Notes under the pieces: model-generated | What the model saw: only the letters and a program-made list of their open reading frames with translations | Database searches by the model: none | What the model was told of the DNA's origin: nothing | Translations under genes and position numbers: made by a program | In this document: piece after piece, positions 37,284 through 49,207 of the stretch | Position numbering within the stretch: position 1 is the stretch's first letter | Layout of the letters: each line of letters starts with the position of its first letter | From: Fonticula alba ATCC 38817 | Lineage: Eukaryota > Protista > Nucleariida | DNA length: 64,000 nucleotides | Reading direction: 5' to 3' (one strand) | Assembly: GCA_000388065.2 (NCBI GenBank) | Contig: KB932201.1

Positions 37284-39016
37284 CAGCCGTAGCAACAGCA
37301 GCAGCGGACGCACGGTCGCGCGTCAGGTCGACGGGCCCGCCACGGCTCGGGAGTAACGGATCGCGCGGCGCTGGTATCGTCGACGACATCAGAGTCGCAT
37401 CAGCCAGGGACATCAAAGTTGGCGAGGCCGCCGAGGAGGCCCCGGCGTTGGAGGACCTCCTGCTGCCACCAGCCGGGGTCTCGTCTTCGGCGTCGCGCAC
37501 GGCAGCGGGGGGCTCCTGTGCGGCGCCGGAGCCGGCCCCGGCCGCGGCTCCTGGAGCCACCACAGGCCCGAGGGCCAGGCTGGAGGAAGACATGACGGAA
37601 ATGGGCGGCGAGCCGCCCAGCGTGTCAGCTGTGCTTGACCCCCCTGGCGCCAGGGACGCCGAAGAGGACGAGGCAGAGAGACCGACCGAGGAGGAAGCAG
37701 AGGCAGAGATGCCCCCACCGGGAGTACCCCGACCGGTCGACTTGCTAGCCATAACCGCCGTCATATAAGCCAGCAGCTCCGGTGCAAAGCGCGCAAACTC
37801 CGGATCGGCCATCAGCCGCGCGGCACAGGCCATCGGATCCGAGCAGACGCAATTCGAAGAGGAGGAGGTGGCACCGGCGCCGGTGGCGACCACGATGGCG
37901 GCGTTCGCGGTCGCCGTGCCAGCGCCAGCCGCGGAGGCACTGCCTTGCAGAGCGGCCAACTGGGCCGTGCGCTTGGCATCGGCCTCGGCAAACACCTCGG
38001 CCGGCAGGACCGACCTTTCGGACAGGCCGCCGGAGCGCTTCTCTCCGGACATGGCGGTCATGCTAAGGCTCCCCTGTACTCCGAGGCAGAGGCGGATCAA
38101 GGACAGACCCTTGGACCGGGTGAGCAGCGGTTGGAACTTTGACGTGGCATAGGTGAACAGGTGATTGGACTCGCTCGCAATCAGGAGGAGCACCTGTGTG
38201 CCCGTGAGGGTGGAAAGCTCGCGGGCCTACACATCCGAACGGGAGGGGGGGGGGAAGGGGGGCTGGTAAGGTGAGTAGACGTGCCGATTTGGCCAGCAAG
38301 GGAAAGCAGGGGCACAGGCGAGGAGAAGATACTCAAGAGAGACCGAGAGAGAGAGAGAGAGGAGGGGGGGCGGAAAACGGGCAAGGATGCCCGGGGCAGA
38401 GAGGCTGGCGGACCTTCTTCATGATGCCGGCCTTGCGCTTGGAGAAGGAAATGTGGCGCTTGCTCTTGTTGGCGATGTATGCGATGTTGATCTTCTTGCG
38501 CTCGGTCTTGGTGGAGGGGGAGGGGCTCTTGGTGGAGGATCGGGCGCCAGACCGGGCGCCACGGCCGGACCGGGCACCACGGCCGCGCCGAGCGCCAGCC
38601 GTGCTGGGCGATCCGTCACCATCGTCATCGTCATCGCCGTCATCCGAGCCGCCAGCATCACTGTCGAACATCTCATTAGTCAGGGGGTTGGCTTCGATCT
38701 GGCCGTAGGCATCGGTCTCGGCATCCAGCAGCATCTGATCCTCGGACTTCAGGGACCCAGGGGCCAGGGGAGCCTGATCGGAGCCGCCTTCCGGCAAGTG
38801 GGCCGGTGGGAACCGGCCGGCATCCGAGAAGGTCCCGGCCGAGTGCAGCGAACCATCCGCCGTGGCATAGGAATGGCTGCGTTTGCGTGAGGAAACGGCT
38901 CCGAGGGCCGAGGGGGTGGGCAGCTCAGTCGGCAGCCCGGACCGCGCGGGATGCGGCGAAGGCATCGGCATGGGAGGCGGATACGGGCTCCCAACGCCGT
39001 AGGGGGGACCGCTCAT
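34539..39016 (-). CDS. SRF: SRF/Mcm1-type MADS-box transcription factor, 4 exons
   Basis: The MADS box is split by intron 38413-38227: TERKKINIAYIANKSKRHISFSKRKAGIMKK|ARELSTLTGTQVLLLIASESNHLFTYATSKFQPLL. Exons are 39016-38414, 38226-37314, 37142-36828 and about 36648-34539, all phase-compatible. The C-terminus is a long P/Q/S/G-rich region. Confidence 0.9.
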
Positions 39017-40515
39017 TGCCCCGGGATGGCGGGCATCGACGCGCCGGTGGCGAGGAGGGGAGGCAACTCCAGACACAGGGACGGAGAGGGTGGAGACCGT
39101 TGAAGGGGGGGGGGGNNNNNNNNNNNNNNNNNNNNNNNNNNNNNNNNNNNNNNNNNNNNNNNNNNNNNNNNNNNNNNNNNNCAGGGGGGGGGGGAGGCGA
39201 GCGCGCGTGTGTAGGGTGGAACATGGCGCCAAGCGGGGGTTGCCGCGGGGGCGCGCGAGTTGGCGCGCCTTAAACCGGAGACACGCAAAAGAGGCAGGCG
39301 CCTCCCACAGCGGGAGAGGGGGGGGGCGCGCTGGCGAGTTGGCGAGGCCCGGGAAAGTCGTTTGGACGATCCCAGTCGGGGAAGTGGCGCTGGGGGCGAT
39401 GGTGAAACGTGAGGCCCCTCACACCCGTCCCTCAGCTTCCCCATGCTCACAAACACACACAGAGGCGGGGGGGGAAGGACCGTCGGGACGCGCCTCGTGC
39501 GCGAGATCCGCAACCGGCGGGCGCCCTGCCGCCGCCGCCCCCGCCGCCGCCGCCGCCGCCGCGAGCCCACGATCGCCGTCGTCCTCCGGGGCAGGTGGCG
39601 ACTCCATACGACGGGGCAGAGCGCACTCCGAGGCTGGGCGAAGACCGATGGACAACCCCCCTCGCCCCGACTGGAGCGGGTAGAGATCGAGTTTTTCAGT
39701 GGGCGACCCTGCCCACTTGCCGTCTCACGGGCGGCGGCAATGACACTGGGCCGGCACCGTAGAGGTGCGACGCGCGAGGACGCTCAACACTTGCTCACCT
39801 CAAGGGGGCGGGGACACGCCCCCAGGCGGGGAGACCTATGGTCTCCCCCAGCAAGTGAGCAACACAGGACCGCCTTCGGCTGGCCGGACGAGGCGCGCGC
39901 GCGTGCGCGCACCGTATATTGCCCTAAGGGGAAGCTACCAACCCCCGGATGAGAGCCAGCATGGTGATCTGGGCGCACAGAATGAGAGCAAACTACGTTG
40001 GGGGAGGGTGGACCCGTGCCCGGCGGGGGTAACTCTCGTTGGTTCTCTCTCCCGTTCCCCCGTCGGGGCCACTGGCTGCAGCCCGTGTCCGAAGACAAGG
40101 GGCAGCCCGTCGGTGTTTCCCCATCAGGAAAGGGCGCGACGCTTCCTCATTTAACGAGTGACATTCCTCAATTCGCATGGGCAGAGTGTAATAGTGTTCC
40201 GGATCTCCATTTGGAGATAGTCCGGTGTCACTCGCCCCGAGCACATGGTGGCGATGCCGGGGAAAGGGGGAGGGGGGAGGCGGGAAACCTGCCGAGGAAG
40301 GGCAGGAACAACGAAGCAAGCAGTGCTCAGTGGCGGCGCCCATGATGCCGCCGTCCAGGCCGGCCCCCCCCCCAGCACCTGACCAGACGTATCCCGTCCC
40401 GGGGGCGCAAAGTGTGGCATCCGGCGCCTGGCCAGTGCCGGGACCCCCCCCCCCCCCCCCACGTTGCGCGCGTGTGTGTGGGCCTAGGTGCCAGAGGGAG
40501 GCGAACACGCACACA

Positions 40516-40555
<40 letters not shown>

Positions 40556-40616
40556 CACACAAGGTCGGGCTACCGCGGGCACACTGCGGGACCCCCTGCC
40601 CGTCGCCGAGCCGGGG

Positions 40617-40624
40617 TATAAAAA
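40617..40624 (+). promoter_or_regulatory. TATA box
   Basis: TATAAAAA in a GC-rich context, with an Inr-like TCAACACACTC about 20-25 nt downstream. Confidence 0.4.
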
Positions 40625-40639
40625 GGCGCGCGCCCTCAA

Positions 40640-41170
40640 CACACTCCCAGTCCCAGGTCACATATGCACTTCCTCGCCATTGTCTTTTTGGTTCGTTTTT
40701 TTTCCTCCCTCTCCCCTCCCCCCTTCCCCTCCCCCCGCTCTTCTTCTTCTTCCCTAAACGCGCCATTGTGTACGACAACCTACTCCATGTTTCCAAGTAA
40801 ATTTGTCGAAGGGTTTACTGGCGCAATAATTGCATACACGCTAGCAGCGGTGTTAGTGTGTGTGGCCTCTCATAATGACGCATCGGCTTAGGGTTTACTT
40901 CCTCAAACCCTTTGCCGTTGGTGCATTCATTAACCAGGGCCATGTCCATCTCCTCCTCATTCTCCTCCTCCTCCTCCTCCTTCCTCCACACACACACCTC
41001 CTCTCCCTTTCTCCCATGACACCTCTCTAACTCCCCCCTCCTCCTCTTCTCTCTTAGGTTCCTCCCGGGCCGCGAGACACCTCTGCTCTATGTGTGCATA
41101 TCCTCTCCAGCCCGTGGCACGGCGCGGTATCCTATTTCCCCCTTTTTTTCTTTAAAAATTGAAGTGCACA
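40640..41170 (+). ncRNA. Candidate short spliced transcript without a credible ORF (lncRNA or intronic-RNA host)
   Basis: TATA box upstream, a GTTCGT donor at 40691 (matches the local consensus), a CTAAC branch at about 41027 and a polypyrimidine tract with TAG acceptor at 41057. The spliced product encodes only a 43-aa peptide. Boundaries are inferred. Confidence 0.25.
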
Positions 41171-41548
41171 CATCTTGGCATAAGCGCGCGAGGGGGGGGC
41201 GGGGAGGGGCGATAGAGCCCGGTTCAGCGAGTGTGGTTCACACTTTCAGAGCAGGGCCGGAGAGAGGCGACCACCACACAGCATTCTCTCAGGCCTCGAT
41301 TGCCAACAGCGCAGCCCCCCGGGAATAGGAACACACCCGCTGCTTTTCTCCTCCATTGTTGTCTTTGATACACGCAGATGCACAGACGCCAGAAAGATAC
41401 CCAGGAGGGAGGCCCTGTTGCGATGAGCGCGGGCTTTCATGCCCTCGGGGAAGGGGAGGGGCGGAGGGATGCATGTGTCCACTGGGAGACTTGTAGTTGG
41501 GCGCCCTCCGCCCTCCTCCTTCCCGACCCGCGGAGGGGCACACCCATG

Positions 41549-41726
41549 TCAATGCCGCCCGCCCTGGGGGCAGCCTCGCCCACTGTTGCCACCCACAACC
41601 CGCCGGGGATTCATCATAGGGATGTGACCTGGCTGCCAGTAACTCGGCATCGCGGCCGACACCGGGCGAGTGCGACCAGCAAGTTGCAGAACCGTGCACG
41701 GCTGCTGCTGTTGCTGCTTCTGATGT

Positions 41727-41773
<47 letters not shown>

Positions 41774-42142
41774 ACACTGTTGCCTCCCGGAGGAGGGTGA
41801 CAGATTCAGCCGGCGGAGGTACTCCAGCACAGCGCCAGTCCGGGCCCGCAACTGGTCCATGCTGGTGTTGCCAACCCGGCATCGGTCGGCCTTGGCCTTG
41901 GATGCTGCTGGCCGCTGGCAAGGCCGCGCCACTCCGCCCCACCCCCGTGGCCCAGGAGCAAAGAACAGAGGAGTGGCCAGAGACGCGGACTTCAGGCAGG
42001 AAGAGCGCTCGGCAAAGGGGCCCTCAAAGGGCGTGGTCTCAAGCTGATCGCTCGAGTGCCGAGGAGTGAGCACTGGCCATCGGCCGGCCGGATGTGCCCG
42101 GCTCGCGGGCCCGGGCGTCGGCGTTGTCGGAGATGACGACAT
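41549..42142 (-). CDS. Hypothetical poly-Q protein (197 aa)
   Basis: ORF from the ATG at 42142 with an in-frame poly-Q tract of mixed CAG/CAA/CAT/AAG codons and a helical-looking segment (MDQLRARTGAVLEYLRRLNL). No family was recognised. Confidence 0.35.
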
Positions 42143-44275
42143 GTGAATTGGCAAATGCTCGGAGGCAGAAAGGGGCGACCCTTCAAAGCGCAGGGGAGGG
42201 GCAGGGAAAGGAGAGGACACAGGCGAGGGTGGGGGGGGGGGGAGGGGGGCGAGGGGGATCCTGGAGGCGGCGGGGGCGAGGCGCCTCGGCCCCAAAAGAA
42301 GATGGCCAGAGCAATGTCTCCCGTCGAATCCCCTCACGTGTGGGGCCCCCTCCCCGATCGNNNNNNNNNNGGGGGCGAGGCGCCTCGGCCCCAAAAGAAG
42401 ATGGCCAGAGCAATGTCTCCCGTCGAATCCCCTCACGTGTGGGGCCCCCTCCCCGATCGCGGACATTGATGGGGAGTGGATGAGCCTCCCCGCCGCCGTC
42501 TGGCACCCGCCGTCGAGGGGGGGGGGGGGGGGGGGGAGCCCGCCCTCGCGACACGATCCGGGGGGCAGCGGAAAACACCTGTGGGTCTTGGAAGGTGATA
42601 GGCGAAAGGAGAACGGGAGTTTAGCGCACGGCTGGGGTGTGACTGTGGATGGATCATGTGTAAAAATGAATGTTCTTCCATGATTATGGTTAAGATGCGC
42701 GAGCGAGGCCTTGGAAGTGCCACTCTAAACCCGGTCCAGACCCTGGGCGAGGTGCGAGGACATGACTGGCCGCACCTGCCCGGCCGGGGGGGGGGGGGGG
42801 CGCGCGCAGCAGGGGCGCCAAGGGGCGGATGGTGGCCTGCGCCAGGCTTGTGGAGTGATGGTCTCCAAGACGGGCCCCGCAGACGAAGGGGGACGAGCCT
42901 TCGCCGGCACCGGATGCCTTCCTAAACCTGCCGATGGTGAAGGGTCATTTGACCGGAGGGGGGCGGGGGGTGGGCACTCCGGGCCTCTGGCGCTCCCGAC
43001 CGGCCGAAAGACCGGCCGAAAGACCGGCCACAGGCTGTGCCTCGATATAGGGCCTTTTTCCGCGACATTTCACGCTCCGGGGGGCGCAGGCTTGCCGGCG
43101 GGCGGCGGAAGGCGCACCCGGCGCCAAAAGACAGGAAAAAGCCGAATAAATAACATCATACTCCCTCCCAGCATCACATATGCCCACGCCACAGGGCGTT
43201 TCTGATCTGGTGGACGGCTTTCCCCCCCCCCCNNNNNNNNNNNNNNNNNNNNNNNNNNNNNNNNNNNNNNNNNNNNNNNNNNNNNNNNNNNNNNNNNNNN
43301 NNNNNNNNNNNNNNNNNNNNNNNNNNNNNNNNNNNNNNNNNNNNNNNNNNNNNNNNNNNNNNNNNNNNNNNNNNNNNNNNNNNNNNNNNNNNNNNNNNNN
43401 NNNNNNNNNNNNNNNNNNNNNNNNNNNNNNNNNNNNNNNNNNNNNNNNNNNNNNNNNNNNNNNNNNNNNNNNNNNNNNNNNNNNNNNNNNNNNNNNNNNN
43501 NNNNNNNNNNNNNNNNNNNNNNNNNNNNNNNNNNNNNNNNNNNNNNNNNNNNNNNNNNNNNNNNNNNNNNNNNNNNNNNNNNNNNNNNNNNNNNNNNNNN
43601 NNNNNNNNNNNNNNNNNNNNNNNNNNNNNNNNNNNNNNNNNNNNNNNNNNNNNNNNNNNNNNNNNNNNNNNNNNNNNNNNNNNNNNNNNNNNNNNNNNNN
43701 NNNNNNNNNNNNNNGGCCCCCGGGGACAGAGGGGGGCGGGGGGGGGGCGGACGGGGCAGGATGCTCCGGCGCCCGCCTCCAGCGCGGTCGCCCCCCGGCT
43801 CGTGCCCTCCCAACCGGGCGCCCCACATAGTGAAAACGGGCGCCCTTTACATCGGGCTCTTGTGGCCGCCCCCGGCTTGGGTCCTGCACGGGAGCCACCG
43901 CCAGGCACCAAGGGTGCTCCCTCCCCCATTGGACCGCCCCAAGCCAAGGCTGCCACCGCGCAGACCCGCGCCCGGCCGCTTCTCCCACCGCAGACGACGG
44001 CTGCGCTGACTGCAGCTGCCCCCCACCCCCGGGCCCCTCTGCCCGGGGAGCCGGTCGCGGGTGGTCCCCCAGCCCGGGAGCTGGAGAGAGCCCGGCGCGC
44101 AGGGGCCAAGACACCGGGCCCGCCCCCTTGCTGGAGCCGGGCAACCCCAGGGGAGGCCGGGCTGGCCGGTGCGGTGTTTCACCGAGGCCGGTGCCCGGGG
44201 ATCTGGGGTTTCCGCCTTGCCGGGCCGTGCTGGTAGGGTTGGGGCCTCTCTCGGCGGGAGGGCGCGCCTCGCCGC

Positions 44276-44306
<31 letters not shown>

Positions 44307-46895
44307 GGACTGCACGCCTCCCTTCGCCGTCCACTTGCGAGCCACACTTGATGGTCGTTTGTTGATGCTCCCGTCTCCCTCCCTCTCTCTTTCTCTCTTT
44401 GTCTTGCCCCTGCCTCCCCACGGCCGTCTGTTACAAAAGGCGGGGGCGACACCCAGATCACCTTCACCGGACCCGGTGCAGGTGGGACGGGGCACCGGCT
44501 CCCCGGTGGAGGGGTTCGCCCCTTTCCCGTGGCGGTCCGCGCCCAAGCGCTCGCCCGCACCACTACTACCGCCACCCAGCCAGGAGCCGTGTCCGGGCCC
44601 GGGGCGGAGGAGGGGCATATGCGCTGGCCCCCGCCCGCCCGCCCGCCCGCCCGCCCGCCCGCCCGGACACCGGGCCCCCTCCGGTGGGCCGCCGCCGGTC
44701 ACCCGACAGCCGCGCGTGTCCGAGCACACAGGCCTAATTGCGTAGATGCCTGCACCGTAGCCCACGCAGCTACGTGCTCCCAAGCTCTTGGGCGGCTAGG
44801 GTCGTGGAGGGGGAGGGACAAGGCCGGGCAGTTTTTCCGGCCACCGGTCCCCCTCCGGCCTGAGTGGCCGTTTCGGCTCCGGGGCCCCTCCGGTCGCCGG
44901 GCCGCGTTTACGGCCGGGCCGGATGCCATGGCACTCTCCCGCCCCTGTTTGAAGCGCGCCAAAGAGCCCCCCCCCCCCCCCCCCCCGCCAGGGNNNNNNN
45001 NNNCCCCTGTTTGAAGCGCGCCAAAGAGCCCCCCCCCCCCCCCCCCCCGCCAGGGTTGCCACAGCGGGGCAGCCCGCGCGGCGGCCTCCTCGGCCGCATG
45101 CGAACGTGGCAACTGTCAGCTGTGTTGGATCCTCGCGCGCCGGCGGAACACCGCCTAGTGGAGCCCAGCATGGCCGACTCTCCCCTCACAACATTCTAGC
45201 AGCAGGGAGCCGGCCATCTCGCCGGGGAGGGTGCCCCGGGACCGGCCTCGGGTTGTGCTCGGGCTGGGGCGACTACAGCGCGGCTTCGGGCTCGGGGGGG
45301 GGGGGAGTGTTACCGCGGCGGGTCCCGGGGCACGGGTGGGCGCGCCTCGCGAGATTCTCGCACACGCAGGGAGGCCACCTGCGTGCGCCGGAGCCCGGGC
45401 CCGCCGTCCATCGTGCGGACGCGGGTCGCTGCCACGCGCCCCGACCCCCCCCCCCCCCATCCCCTTGAAGGGAGGACCATGCCGCCCCGGGCGCGAGGCG
45501 TTTGTTTTTTTTTCTCTCCAAATCTCCCCCCCTCCACCGCGCCGCTACGCCACCCTTTTTCGCCGCCCCAGCAGAGGGGCGCAGGGGGGGGGGGTGCGGG
45601 CGTTGGCCAGTCGGAGTGTATGCTGGGGGTGCGGGCCCAGGCCAGGCCGGGCCCGGGGGAGAGGTATGACTGGGCCAGANNNNNNNNNNNNNNNNNNNNN
45701 NNNNNNNNNNNNNNNNNNNNNNNNNNNNNNNNNNNNNNNNNNNNNNNNNNNNNNNNNNNNNNNNNNNNNNNNNNNNNNNNNNNNNNNNNNNNNNNNNNNN
45801 NNNNNNNNNNNNNNNNNNNNNNNNNNNNNNNNNNNNNNNNNNNNNNNNNNNNNNNNNNNNNNNNNNNNNNNNNNNNNNNNNNNNNNNNNNNNNNNNNNNN
45901 NNNNNNNNNNNNNNNNNNNNNNNNNNNNNNNNNNNNNNNNNNNNNNNNNNNNNNNNNNNNNNNNNNNNNNNNNNNNNNNNNNNNNNNNNNNNNNNNNNNN
46001 NNNNNNNNNNNNNNNNNNNNNNNNNNNNNNNNNNNNNNNNNNNNNNNNNNNNNNNNNNNNNNNNNNNNNNNNNNNNNNNNNNNNNNNNNNNNNNNNNNNN
46101 NNNNNNNNNNNNNNNNNNNNNNNNNNNNNNNNNNNNNNNNNNNNNNNNNNNNNNNNNNNNNNNNNNNNNNNNNNNNNNNNNNNNNNNNNNNNNNNNNNNN
46201 NNNNNNNNNNNNNNNNNNNNNNNNNNNNNNNNNNNNNNNNNNNNNNNNNNNNNNNNNNNNNNNNNNNNNNNNNNNNNNNNNNNNNNNNNNNNNNNNNNNN
46301 NNNNNNNNNNNNNNGTACGTGCGTGCAAGCGGGTGTGTATGTGTGCCAGGGGGGAGTGGGGGGAGTGGGGGGAGTGGGGGGCGGGGGGGGGGGGAGTGGA
46401 GAGGCCTATTCTGCGTGCCCTGAAGAGGGGCCGACCAAGGACCCCCCACCGCCGGTGGCTCCTCCATCAGTACTGTTGACTTTCTTCCCTTGTCACAGGT
46501 ACCCCCCCTCTCCTCCCTCTCCCTCTCTCCTCCTCCTGCCTCCCCCTTCCCCCTGCAGCACACACACGCACGCACACACACACACACACACACACGTTCC
46601 TATCCCATGCCCGCGGCGTCCACCACAGCATCCTCTCTCTCCTGCCTGCCCGCACCACCTCAACGCACCATGCTCTCCAACTCTTTCCTGCCGTTTCGCC
46701 ACCCCAGCTGCTCCCGATTTCCTCTATTGCTGCGCCCCCCCCCGCCCCTCCACTCCCCTTCCCGCCCACCCTGCTGCATGCATCTGCCGGCGCCCACTCT
46801 TTCCCCCCCCCGCTCCATGCTGACACGTCGCCCGCCACCCCTTCGCTCCCCCTCCCGTCCCCAGCTTACTAGCTAAGAAAAGCACTTTTTCCACC

Positions 46896-48063
46896 ATGGC
46901 CACTTTCCCCACCGATCTTTGCCCCGTCTACGCTCCCTTCTTCGGCGTGATGGGCGCCACCGCCTCCGTCGTCTTCACCTGTACGTCTTATTGTGTCTCC
47001 CTCTTGGCTTCTCCCTTCTCTTCTCCTTGGTTTCTCGTCCTGACCTCGTCTCCTTTCTCTCTCTCTCTCTCCCCCTCCCCCGTCCCCTTCCTCCTCCACC
47101 CACAGCCTTCGGTGCCTCCTACGGTACCGCCAAGGCCGGTGTCGGTGTGACCGTCCTCGCTGTCATGCGCCCTGAGCTCATGATGAAGTCCGTCATTCCT
47201 TGCGTCATGGCTGGTATTATTGGTATTTACGGCCTCGTCGTCTCCGTCCTCATTTCTTCCGGCAGTGCGTGGCTCTCTCCCCCATTTTGTTTCTCGCCCT
47301 TTCCCCCCTACACGTCGCCTCTCTCTCTCTCTCTTCGCCCTTCTCATCTCTTCACCATATCCTCCTCCTCCTTCTCCTTCTCACCGCGTTTGCCCTCCTC
47401 TCCCTCTCCCCCTCTCTCCTGGTATCGCCTCCCTCGGCCTATAGTGCAGTGGAACGAGTACACCCTGTTCGCGTACGTTTCTCCTCCTCCTCACCTCCCC
47501 CTTTTGGTGTCTCGCCCCTCTCCCCGCTGTGTCGCTTTCTCTTCCCCACAGCTAACCCCTCTCCCTCCTCTCCGTTGTCTCCCTGCTGCGCCATCACAAC
47601 ACCCACGCATCCCCCCCCAAATCACAGTGGCTTCATCCACCTTGGTGCTGGTCTCGCTGTCGGTCTTGCTGGTCTTTCTGCTGGTTTTGCTATTGGTATT
47701 GTTGGTGATGCTGGTGTTCGTGGTACTGGTCAGGTTCGTAGCAATCCCCCTCCCCCTTCCCTCCTTCTTCGCCCTATCTCGCCTCCTCTCTACTCCTTGC
47801 TCTCCCTTCTTTCCTTGTCGATTTTCCGTCTTGCTCACCACGCGCGCCCCTCTTCGTCCTCCTCTCCCCCTCCGCCCGCTCTCTCCCTGTCACACCCACA
47901 CCCACCCACGCGCGCGCGCACACACACGCTCCCACAGCAACCGAAGCTGTTCGTCGGTATGATTCTTATTCTGATTTTCGCTGAGGTGCTCGCCCTTTAC
48001 GGCCTCATTGTGGCTCTGGTCCTCCAGACTCGTGCCGGTGATGCCAAGTGCGTCGTCTCCTAA
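46896..48063 (+). CDS. VMA3: V-type H+-ATPase V0 proteolipid subunit c, 5 exons
   Basis: Exons 46896-46980, 47106-47264, 47445-47472, 47628-47733 and 47938-48063 give [95 protein letters not shown]. The proton-binding Glu in IFAE is intact. Confidence 0.97.
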
Positions 48064-48999
48064 ATCAGACCAGCTCGCGCGCGCGCCCAACGCCCAACGC
48101 CCAAGCTGCTGCGATGTTGTCTTCTCCCTCCCCCCTTCCCCACTCCAGCGGAGCAGTGTGTCCCCTGTGGGCCCCCCCTCCCCTTCCTTCCTTCCTTCCC
48201 ACAACACATACACTGCCGCGCTGCCCTCCTCTTCCTCCCTTCTCCTCCTCCTTCCATCTTCCTCAAGAAAGGCTGTTTGGAGCTGCGAGATTGTGATGGG
48301 GGGTGGCGCGGCCTGTCCTCTTTTCCACATGGCCCCGTGCTTTTGTCATATAGCCTCTCGCCAGAGCCCCATCCTCGCAATAATACAGTCTGCATCAGAG
48401 TTTCACTCTCCCGGTGTTGTTATTTTGCGTTATTTTGCTTCTTTTCTCGACATTTGTGCTTGTTGCACCCTTTCCCATTCCTCCCTCCATCCACACACTT
48501 TTTGAAGGAGGGGAATGGGGTCAGAGGTGTGTGTGAGAGAGAGGCAGGTCCGCTGCATACTTTTGCCTTTCCCTTTCTCTCTCTCTCTCTCTCTCTCTCC
48601 TTCCCGCCATGGGCAAATGGTGGGCATTCCCTGCAGAGTATCATCCAGCAGAAGGCGGCTCCCCGTCGTACAGTCTTTTTTGCCCCCCCCCCCCNNNNNN
48701 NNNNNNNNNNNNNNNNNNNNNNNNNNNNNNNNNNNNNNNNNNNNNNNNNNNNNNNNNNNNNNNNNNNNNNNNNNNNNNNNNNNNNNNNNNNNNNNNNNNN
48801 NNNNNNNNNNNNNNNNNNNNNNNNNNNNNNNNNNNNNNNNNNNNNNNNNNNNNNNNNNNNNNNNNNNNNNNNNNNNNNNNNNNNNNNNNNNNNNNNNNNN
48901 NNNNNNNNNNNNNNNNNNNNNNNNNNNNNNNNNNNNNNNNNNNNNNNNNNNNNNNNNNNNNNNNNNNNNNNNNNNNNNNNNNNNNNNNNNNNNNNNNNN

Positions 49000-49034
<35 letters not shown>

Positions 49035-49207
49035 ACACTTCGTCTATTGTGTTCATTAAATAAAAGGCCCCGTGTGGCGATCGGTCTGGGATGTCCCACT
49101 ACACAAGGCGCGGGTGATGGCACGCGGTAGCCACGTCATCAGCGGGTGGTGGGGATGCCAGGAGGGTGCTCGCGCACTCGCACCCCCGCGCAATTACACG
49201 TGTACGA

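Noticed and set aside
40760-40945. Canonical C/D or H/ACA snoRNA, or spliceosomal snRNA
   Set aside because: I found no RUGAUGA/CUGA pair, no ANANNA H-box and no U1/U2/U4/U5/U6 signature by eye. It is kept only as an unclassified candidate.
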